A stretch of DNA of 64,000 nt, taken from Heterodontus francisci. Its lineage: Eukaryota. The translations under genes were made by a program, and so were the position numbers. The notes under the pieces were generated by a model, which did not search any database, was not told the DNA's origin, and worked only from the letters and a program-made list of their open reading frames with translations. The stretch lies in assembly GCF_036365525.1 (NCBI RefSeq), contig NC_090399.1:57382430-57446429 (forward strand). Reading direction: 5' to 3'. Every line of letters begins with the position of its first letter. Positions within the stretch are counted from its first letter, which is position 1. Shown here in pieces: positions 37,301 to 49,300 of this stretch.

Positions 37301-40300
37301 CCAACAGAGAGAGAGAGAGAGAGAGAGAGACATCAGGGCATCAACCCCAAAACACCAACCCCACAGAGCGAGAGAGAGAGAGAGAGACATCAGGGCATCA
37401 ACCCCAAATCACCAACCCCACAGAGCGAGTGAGACATCAGAGCATGAACCCCAAAACACCAACCCCACAGAGAGAGAGAGAGAGACATCAGGGCATGAAC
37501 CCCAAAACACCAACCCCACAGAGCGAGAGAGAGAGAGAGAGACATCAGAGCATCAACCCCAAATCACCAACCCCACAGAGCGAGTGAGACATCAGAGCAT
37601 GAACCCCAAAACAACAACCCCACAGAGAGAGAGAGATCAGGGCATGAACCCCAAAACATCAACCCCACAGAGAGAGAAAGACATCAGGGCATGAACCCCA
37701 AAACATCAACCCCACAGAGAGAGAGAGAGAGACATCAGGGCATGAACCCCAAAACATCAACCCCACACAGAGAGAGAGAGACATCAGGGCATGAACCCCA
37801 AAACACCAACCCCACAGAGAGAGAGAGAGACATCAGGGCATGAACCCCAAAACAACAACCCCACAGAGAGAGAGAGAGAGATCAGGGCATGAACCCCAAA
37901 ACAACAACCCCACAGAGAGAGAGAGATATGGGCATGAACCCCAAAACATCAACCCCACAGAGAGAGAAAGACATCAGGGCATGAACCCCAAAACACCAAC
38001 CCCAGAGAGAGAGAGAGAGAGATCAGGGCATGAACCCCAAAACATCAACCCCACAGAGAGAGAAAGACATCAGGGCATGAACCCCAAAACATTAACCCCA
38101 CAGAGAGAGAAAGACATCAGGGCATGAACCCCAAAACAACAACCCCACAGAGAGAGAGAGAGAGATCAGGGCATGAACCCCAAAACATTAACCCCACAGA
38201 GAGAGAAAGACATCAGGGCATGAACCCCAAATCACCAAACCCACAGAGAGAGAGAGACATCAGGGCATGAACCCCAAAACACCAACCCCACAAAGAGAGA
38301 GAGAGAAAGACATCAGGGCATGAACCCCAAAATACCAACCCCACAGAGAAAGAGAGACATCAGGGCATGAACCCCAAAACATCAACCCCACAGAGAGAGA
38401 GACATCAGGGCGTGAACCCCAAATCACCAACCCCACAGAGAAAGAGAGACATCAGGGCATGAACCCCAAAACATCAACCCAACAGAGAGAGAGACATCAG
38501 GGCATGAACCCCAAAACACCAACCCCACAGAGAGAGAAAGAGACATCAGGGCATGAACCCCAAAATACCAACCCCACAGAGAAAGAGAGACATCAGGGCA
38601 TGAACCCCAAAACACCAACCCCACAGAGAGAGAGACATCAGGGCATGAACCCCAAAACACCAACCCCACAGAGAGAGAGACATCAGAGCATGAACCCCAA
38701 AACATCAACCCCGCAGAGAGAGAGAGAGACATCAGGGCATGAACCCCAAAACACCAACCCCAGAGAGAGAGACATCAGGGCATGAACCCCAAAACATCAA
38801 CCCCACAGAGAGAGAGAGAGACATCAGGGCATGAACCCCAAAACACCAACCCCGCAGAGAGAGAGAGAGAGACATCAGGGCATGAACCCCAAAACACCAA
38901 CCCCAGAGAGAGAGAGAGAGACATCAGGGCATGAACCCCAAAACAACAACCCCACAGAGAGAGAGAGAGACATCAGGGCATGAACCCTAAAACACCAACC
39001 CCAGAGAGAGAAAGAGAGACATCAGGGCATGAACCCCAAAACAACAACCCCACAGAGAGAGAGAGAGACATCAGGGCATGAACCCTAAAACACCAACCCC
39101 AGAGAGAGAGATAGACATCAGGGCATGAACCCCAAAACATCAACCCCACAGAGAGAGAGAGAGAGACATCAGGGCATGAACCCCAAAACATCAACCCCAC
39201 AGAGAGAGAGAGACATCAGGGCATGAACCCCAAAACATTAACCCCACAGAGAGAGAAAGACATCAGGGCATGAACCCCAAAACAACAACCCCACAGAGAG
39301 AGAGAGAGAGATCAGGGCATGAACCCCAAAACATTAACCCCACAGAGAGAGAAAGACATCAGGGCATGAACCCCAAATCACCAAACCCACAGAGAGAGAG
39401 AGACATCAGGGCATGAACCCCAAAACACCAACCCCACAAAGAGAGAGAGAGAAAGACATCAGGGCATGAACCCCAAAATACCAACCCCACAGAGAAAGAG
39501 AGACATCAGGGCATGAACCCCAAAACATCAACCCCACAGAGAGAGAGACATCAGGGCGTGAACCCCAAATCACCAACCCCACAGAGAAAGAGAGACATCA
39601 GGGCATGAACCCCAAAACATCAACCCAACAGAGAGAGAGACATCAGGGCATGAACCCCAAAACACCAACCCCACAGAGAGAGAAAGAGACATCAGGGCAT
39701 GAACCCCAAAATACCAACCCCACAGAGAAAGAGAGACATCAGGGCATGAACCCCAAAACACCAACCCCACAGAGAGAGAGACATCAGGGCATGAACCCCA
39801 AAACACCAACCCCACAGAGAGAGAGACATCAGAGCATGAACCCCAAAACATCAACCCCGCAGAGAGAGAGAGAGAGAGACATCAGGGCATGAACCCCAAA
39901 ACACCAACCCCAGAGAGAGAGACATCAGGGCATGAACCCCAAAACATCAACCCCACAGAGAGAGAGAGAGACATCAGGGCATGAACCCCAAAACACCAAC
40001 CCCGCAGAGAGAGAGAGAGAGACATCAGGGCATGAACCCCAAAACACCAACCCCAGAGAGAGAGAGAGAGACATCAGGGCATGAACCCCAAAACAACAAC
40101 CCCACAGAGAGAGAGAGAGACATCAGGGCATGAACCCTAAAACACCAACCCCAGAGAGAGAAAGAGAGACATCAGGGCATGAACCCCAAAACAACAACCC
40201 CACAGAGAGAGAGAGAGACATCAGGGCATGAACCCTAAAACACCAACCCCAGAGAGAGAGATAGACATCAGGGCATGAACCCCAAAACATCAACCCCACA

Positions 40301-43300
40301 GAGAGAGAGAGAGAGACATCAGGCATTAACCCCAAAACATCAACCCCACAGAGAGAGAGAGACATCAGGGCATGAACCCCAAATCAACAACCCCACAGAG
40401 AGAGAAAGAAATCAGGGCATGAACCCCAAAACATCAACCCCACAGAGAGAGAGAGACATCAGGGCATGAACCCTAAAACATCAACCCCACAGAGAGAGAA
40501 AGAAATCAGGGCATGAACCCCAAATCAACAACCCCACAGAGAGAGAGACATCAGGGCATGAACCCCAAAACATCAACCCCACAGAGAGAGAGAGACATCA
40601 GGGCACGAACCCCAAAACATCAACCCCACAGAGAGAGAGAGACATCAGGGCATGAACCCCAAAACACCAACCCCACAAAGAGAGAGAGAGAAAGACATCA
40701 GGGCATGAACCCCAAAATACCAACCCCACAGAGAAAGAGAGACATCAGGGCATGAACCCCAAATCACCAACCCCACAGAGAAAGAGAGACATCAGGGCAT
40801 GAACCCCAAAACATCAACCCCACAGAGAAAGAAAGAAATCAGGGCATGAACCCCAAATCAACAACCCCACAGAGAGAGAGACATCAGGGCTGGAACCCCA
40901 AAACATCAACCTCACAGAGAGAGAGAGAGACATCAGGGCATGAACCCCAAATCAACAACCCCACAGAGAGAGAGACATCAGGGCATGAACCCCAAAACAT
41001 CAACCCCACAGAGAGAGAAAGACATCAGGGCATGAACCCCAAATCAACAACCCCACAGAGAGAGAGACATCAGGGCATGAACCCCAAAACATCAACCCCA
41101 CAGAGAGAGAGAGAGAGAGACATCAGGGCATGAACCCCAAAACATCAACCCCACAGAGAGAGAGAGAGAGAGAGACATCAGGGCATGAACCCCAAAACAC
41201 CAACCCCAGAGAGAGAGAGAGAGACATCAGGGCATGAACCCCAAAACACCAACCCCACAGAGAGAGAGAGAGAGAGAGACATCAGGGCATGAACCCCAAA
41301 ACACCAACCCCACAGAGAGAGAGAGAGAGAGACATCAGGGCATGAACCCCAAAACAACAACCCCACAGAGAGAGAGAGATCAGGGCATGAACCCCAAAAC
41401 ATCAACCCCACAGAGAGAGAAAGACATCAGGGCATGAACCCCAAAACATCAACCCCACACAGAGAGAGAGATCAGGGCATGAAACCCAAAACATCAACCC
41501 CACAGAGAGAGAGAGAGAGAGACATCAGGGCATGAACCCCAAAACACCAACCCCACAGAGAGAGAGAGAGACATCAGGGCATGAACCCCAAAACACCAAC
41601 CCCAGAGAGAGAGAGAGAGACATCAGGGCATGAACCCCAAAACAACAACCCCACAGAGAGAGAGAGAGAGAGAGATCAGGGCATGAACCCCAAAACATCA
41701 ACCCCACAGAGAGAGAAAGACATCAGGGCATGAACCCCAAAACATTAACCCCACAGAGAGAGAAAGACATCAGGGCATGAACCCCGAAACACCAACCCCA
41801 CAAAGAGAGAGAGAGAAAGACATCTGGGCATGAACCCCAAAATACCAACCCCACAGAGAAAGAGAGACATCAGGGCATGAACCCCAAAACATCAACCCCA
41901 CAGAGAGAGAGACATCAGGGCGTGAACCCCAAATCACCAACCCCACAGAGAAAGAGAGACATCAGGGCATGAACCCCAAAACATCAACCCCACAGAGAGA
42001 GAGACATCAGGGCATGAACCCCAAAACACCAACCCCACAGAGAGAGAAAGAGACATCAGGGCATGAACCCCAAAATACCAACCCCACAGAGAAAGAGAGA
42101 CATCAGGGCATGAACCCCAAAACATCAACCCCACAGAGAGAGAGACATCAGGGCATGAACCCCAAAACACCAACCCCACAGAGAGAGAGAGAGACATCAG
42201 GGCATGAACCCCAAAACACCAACCCCAGAGAGAGAGAGAGAGACATCAGGGCATGAACCCCAAAACATCAACCCCACAGAGAGAGAGAGAGACATCAGGG
42301 CATGAACCCCAAAACACCAACCCCGCAGAGAGAGAGAGAGAGACATCAGGGCATGAACCCCAAAACACCAACCCCAGAGAGAGAGAGAGAGAGACATCAG
42401 GGCATGAACCCCAAAACAACAACCCCACAGAGAGAGAGAGAGACATCAGGGCATGAACCCTAAAACACCAACCCCAGAGAGAGAAAGAGAGACATCAGGG
42501 CATGAACCCCAAAACAACAACCCCACAGAGAGAGAGAGAGACATCAGGGCATGAACCCTAAAACACCAACCCCAGAGAGAGAGATAGACATCAGGGCATG
42601 AACCCCAAAACATCAACCCCACAGAGAGAGAGAGAGAGAGATCAGGGCATGAACCCTAAAACACCAACCCCAGAGAGAGAGATAGACATCAGGGCATGAA
42701 CCCCAAAACATCAACCCCACAGAGAGAGAGAGAGAGACATCAGGGCATGAACCCCAAAACATCAACCCCACAGAGAGAGAGAGAGACATCAGGGCATGAA
42801 CCCTAAAACACCAACCCCAGAGAGAGAGATAGACATCAGGGCATGAACCCCAAAACATCAACCCCACAGAGAGAGAGAGAGACATCAGGGCATGAACCCT
42901 AAAACACCAACCCCAGAGAGAGAGAGAGACATCAGGGCATGAACCCCAAAACAACAACCCCACAGAGAGAGAGAGAGATCAGGGCATGAACCCCAAAACA
43001 TCAACCCCACAGAGAGAGAAAGACATCAGGGCATGAACCCCAAAACACCAACCCCACAGAGAGAGAGATAGACATCAGGGCATGAACCCCAAAACATCAA
43101 CCCCACAGAGAGAGAGAGACATCAGGGCATGAACCCCAAAACACCAACCCCACAGAGAGAGAGATAGACATCAGGGCATGAACCCCAAAACATCAACCCC
43201 ACAGAGAGAGAGAGAGACATCAGGGCAGGAACCCCAAAACAACAACCCCACAGAGAGAGAGAGAGAGAGAGATCAGGGCATGAACCCCAAAACACCAACC

Positions 43301-46300
43301 CCACAGAGAGAGAGAGAGACATCAGGGCATGAACCCCAAAACATCAACCCCACAGAGAGAGAGAGAGACATCAGGGCATGAACCCCAAATCACCAACCCC
43401 ACAGAGAGAGAGAGAGATCAGGGCATGGACCCCAAAACACCAACCCCACAGAGAGAGACATCAGGGCATGAACCCCAAAACATCAACCCCACAGAGAGAG
43501 AGAGAGAGACATCAGGGCATGATCCCCAAAACACCAACCCCACAGAGAGAGAGAGAGACATCAGGGCATGAACCCCAAAACATCAACCCCACAGAGAGAG
43601 AGAGAGACACATCAGGGCATGAACCCCAAAACATCAACCCCACAGAGAGAGAGAGACATCAGGGCATGAACCCCAAAACATCAACCCCAGAGAGAGAGAG
43701 AGAGAGAGACATCAGGGCATGAACCCCAAAACATCAACCCCACAGAGAGAGAGAGAGACATCAGGGCACGAACCCCAAAACATCAACCCCACAGAGAGAG
43801 AGAGAGAGACATCAGGGCATGAACCCCAAAACATCAACCCCACAGAGAGAGAGAGAGACATCAGGGCATGAACCCTAAAACACCAACCCCAGAGAGAGAG
43901 ATAGACATCAGGGCATGAACCCCAAAACATCAACCCCACAGAGAGAGAGAGAGAGACATCAGGGCATGAACCCCAAAACATCAACCCCACAGAGAGAGAG
44001 AGAGACATCAGGGCATGAACCCCAAAACATCAACCCCACAGAGAGAGAGAGAGAGACATCAGGGCATGAACCCTAAAACACCAACCCCAGAGAGAGAGAG
44101 AGAGACATCAGGGCATGAACCCCAAAACAACAACCCCACAGAGAGAGAGAGATCAGGGCATGAACCCCAAAACATCAACCCCACAGAGAGAGAGAGAGAG
44201 ACATCAGGGCATGAACCCCAAAACAACAACCCCACAGAGAGAGAGAGAGAGATCAGGGCATGAACCCCAAAACATCAACCCCACAGAGAGAGAGACATCA
44301 GGGCATGAACCCCAAAACACCAACCCCACAGAGAGAGAGAGAGACATCAGGGCATGAACCCCAAAACATAAACCCCGCAGAGAGAGAGAGAGACATCAGG
44401 GCATGAACCCCAAAACACCAACCCCAGAGAGAGAGAGACATCAGGGCATGAACCCCAAAACATCAACCCCACAGAGTGAGAGAGAGACATCAGGGCATGA
44501 ACCCCAAAACACCAACCCCGCAGAGAGAGAGAGAGAGAGACATCAGGGCATGAACCCCAAAACACCAACCCCAGAGAGAGAGAGAGAGACATCAGGGCAT
44601 GAACCCCAAAACAACAACCCCACAGAGAGAGAGAGACATCAGGGCATGAACCCTAAAACACCAACCCCAGAGAGAGAGATAGACATCAGGGCATGAACCC
44701 CAAAACATCAACCCCACAGAGAGAGAGAGAGAGAGATCAGGGCATGAACCCTAAAACACCAACCCCAGAGAGAGAGATAGACATCAGGGCATGAACCCCA
44801 AAACATCAACCCCACAGAGAGAGAGAGAGAGAGATCAGGGCATGAACCCTAAAACACCGACCCCAGAGAGAGAGATAGACATCAGGGCATGAACCCCAAA
44901 ACATCAACCCCACAGAGAGAGAGAGAGACATCAGGGCATGAACCCTAAAACACCAACCCCAGAGAGAGAGATAGACATCAGGGCATGAACCCCAAAACAT
45001 CAACCCCACAGAGAGAGAGAGAGAGACATCAGGGCATGAACCCCAAAACATCAACCCCACAGAGAGAGAGAGAGACATCAGGGCATGAACCCTAAAACAC
45101 CAACCCCAGAGAGAGAGAGAGACATCAGGGCATGAACCCCAAAACAACAGCCCCACAGAGAGAGAGAGATAGAGATCAGGGCATGAACCCCAAAACATCA
45201 ACCCCACAGAGAGAGAAAGACATCAGGGCATGAACCCCAAAACACCAACCCCACAGAGAGAGATAGACATCAGGGCATGAACCCCAAAACATCAACCCCA
45301 CAGAGAGAGAGAGAGACATCAGGGCATGAACCCCAAAACAACAACCCCACAGAGAGAGAGAGAGAGAGAGAGATCAGGGCATGAACCCCAAAACATCAAC
45401 CCCACAGAGAGAGAGAGAGACATCAGGGCATGAACCCCAAATCACCAACCCCACAGAGAGAGAGAGAGATCAGGGCATGAACCCCAAAACACCAACCCCA
45501 CAGAGAGAGAGAGAGAGAGATCAGGGCATGAACCCCAAAACACCAACCCCACAGAGAGAGACATCAGGGCATGAACCCCAAAACATCAACCCCACAGAGA
45601 GAGAGAGAGAGACATCAGGGCATGAACCCCATAACACCAACCCCACAGAGAGAGAGAGAGACATCAGGGCATGAACCCCAAAACATCAACCCCACAGAGA
45701 GAGAGAGAGACACATCAGGGCATGAACCCCAAAACATCAACCCCACAGAGAGAGAGAGACATCAGGGCATGAACCCCAAAACATCAACCCCAGAGAGAGA
45801 GAGAGAGAGAGACATCAGGGCATGAACCCCAAAACATCAACCCCACAGAGAGAGAGAGAGACATCAGGGCACGAACCCCAAAACATCAACCCCACAGAGA
45901 GAGAGAGAGAGACATCAGGACATGAACCCCAAAACATCAACCCCAGAGAGAGAGAGACATCAGGGCATGAACCCCAAAACATCAACCCCACAGAGAGAGA
46001 GAGAGACATCAGGGCATGAACCTCAAAACACCAACCCCAGAGAGAGAGAGAGAGAGAGAGAGAGACATCAGGGCATGAACCCCAAAACATCAAGGCCACA
46101 GAGAGCGACAGAGGGACATCAGGAGATGAACCCCAAATCCTCAACTGCGCGCACACACAGACACCCCATCTCCCACAGATATCAGAGCATAAAGCCTAAA
46201 ACAGCAATGCCATACATATATAGAGAGTGACATCAGGGCAAGAAGCCCAAACACAAAACCCACAGTGACAGTATATGAACCCAAAGATGCATCCAAGCAA

Positions 46301-49300
46301 CACAAAATAGAGCCCATATGAATAAACACCAACACAACACAGAGCCCCTGTAAATAAACCCCAACACAACACCGAGCCCCTGGAAATAAACACCAACACA
46401 ACACAGAGCCCCTGTAAATAAACCCCAACACAACACAGAGCCCCTGGAAATAAACACCGACACAACACAACATAGAGGCCCTGTAAATAAACCCCAACAC
46501 AACACAGAGCCCCTGGAAATAAACACCCACACAACACAACATAGAGCCCCTGTAAATAAACACCAACACAACACAGAGCCCCTGGAAATAAACACCAACA
46601 CAACACAGAGCCCCTATAAATAAACACCAACACAACACAGAGCCCCTGTAAATAAACACCAACACAACACAGAGCCCCTGTAAATAAACCCCAACATAAC
46701 ACAGAGCCCCTGGAAATTAACATCAATACAACACAGAGCCCCTGTAAATAAACACCAACACAACACAGAGCCCCTGTAAATAAATCCCAATAAAACACAG
46801 AGCCCCTATAAATAAACACCAACACAAAACAGAGCCCCTGGAAATAAACCCCAACACAACACAGAGCCCCTATAAATAAACCCCAGCACTACACAGAGCC
46901 CCTGTAATTATACCCCAACACAACACAGAGCCCCTATAAATAAACCCCAACATAACACATAGCCCCTGGAAATTAACACCAATGCAACACAGAGCCCCTG
47001 TAAATAAACACCAACACAACACAGAGCCCCTGGAAATAAACCCCAATAAAACACAGAGCCCCTATAAATAAACACCAACACAAAACAGAGCCCCTGGAAA
47101 TAAACCCCAACACAACACAGAGCCCTTATAAATAAACCCCAGCACAACACAGAGCCCCTATAAATAAACCCCAACATAACACAGAGCCCCTGGAAATTAA
47201 CACCAATACAACACAGAGCCCCTGTAAATAAACCCCAACACAACACAGAGCCCCTGTAAATAAACACAACACAACACAGAGCCCCTGTAAATAAACACCA
47301 ACACAACACAGAGCCCCTGTAAATAAACCCCAGCACAACACAGAGCCCCTATAAATAAACACCAACACAACACAGAGCCCCTGTAAATAAACCCCAGCAC
47401 AACACAGAGCCCCTGTAAATAAACCCCAATAAAACACAGAGCCCCTGGAAATTAACACCAATACAACACAGAGCCCCTGTAAATTATCACAACACAACAC
47501 AGAGCCCCTGTAAATAAACACAACACAACACAGAGCCCCTGTAAATAAACACCAACACAACACAGAGCCCCTGTAAATAAACCCCAGCACAACACAGAGC
47601 CCCTGTAAATAAACCCCAATAAAACACAGAGCCCCTATAAATAAACCCCAACACAACACAGAGCCCCTATAAATAAACCCCAGCACAACACAGAGCCCCT
47701 GGAAATAAACACAACACAACACAGAGCCCCTGGAAATAAACACCAACACAAAACAGAGCCACTGGAAATAAACACCAACACAAAACAGAGCCCCTGGAAA
47801 TAAACCCCAACACAACACAGAGCCCCTATAAATAAACACAACACAACACAGAGCCCCTGTAAATAAACACAACACAACACAGAGCCCCTGTAAATAAACA
47901 CAACACAACACACAGCCCCTGTAAATAAACACAACACAACACGGAGCCCCTGTAAATAAACACCAACACAACACAGAGCCCCTGGAAATAAACCCCAGCA
48001 CAACACAGAGCCCCTGTAAATAAACCCCAACACAACACAGAGCCTCTGTAAATAAACACCAACACAACACAGAGCCCCTGTAAATAAACCCCAGCACAAC
48101 ACAGAGCCCCTGTAAATAAACCCCAACACAACACAGAGCCTCTGTAAATAAATCCCAACACAACACAGAGCCCCTGTAAATAAACACCAACATAACAAAG
48201 AGCCCCAGGAAATAAACACCAACACAACACAGAGCCCCTGGAAATAAACCCCAACACAACACAGAGCCCCTATAAATAAACCCCAGCACAACACAGAGCC
48301 CCTATAAATAAACCCCAACATAACACAGAGCCCCTGGAAATAAACACCAACACAACACAGAGCCCCTGGAAATGAACACCAACACAACACAGAGCCCCTA
48401 TAAATAAACACCAACACAACACAGAGCCCCTGGAAATGAACACCAACACAACACAGAGCCCCTATAAATAAACCCCAACACAACACAGAGCCCCTGTAAA
48501 TAAACACCAACACAACACATGGTCCCTGTAACTAAACCTCAACACAACAGAGCATCCTGTAAATAAAACCCAATATAACTCAGAGCCTCTGTAAATAAAC
48601 CAGTACACATCACAGAGGGCCTGTAAATAAACCCCAACACAACACAACACAACACAATACAGAGCCCCTGTTATCCATAGGGGTGGATTTATGCTCCAGC
48701 TGAACAGAGCTTTGGCTAGAGCACATCTGGAGAGCTGTGTTTAGTTCTGAACACTGCACCTCTGGAATGATCTATTTGTGCTTGGAGTGGGTACAGGGCA
48801 GATTGTTTGGGTTCAGGACAAATTGCTTAGATTTGGCTCATATTCTCTCGCGTTTAGAAGATTAAAGGGTGAATTATTGAAGTGATTAAAATGTTACAAG
48901 AATTTGATAGAATAGATACAGCAAAACTACTTCCTGATTGGGGGAATGACGAATATGGGGATATAGTCTTCACATTGGAGCTATGCCGTTCAGGGGTGAT
49001 GTCAAGAAAGACTTCTTCACACAAAGGCCAGTGGAAATTTGGAAATCGCTCGATCAAAAGGCTCTGGATGCTGGGGATCAATTGGAGTTTTCAAAATGAG
49101 AGATATTTGTTCACTAAGGGTATCAAGGGATAATGGAGCAAAGCTGGGAAACAACAAGAACTTGTATTTATATAGTGCCTGTGACATTACACAATATCCC
49201 AAAGTGCTTCACAGGGGCATTACAAAACAAAATATGACAGAGGGCCACATCAGGAGATATTAGAACAGCGGATCAAAAGCTTGGTTAAAGAGGTAGGTTT

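Noticed and set aside
37173-48650. Dozens of short ORFs (MNPKT..., GLMFWGSCPD..., hydrophobic VFIYRGSVLC...)
   Set aside because: Translations of minisatellites in intron 1
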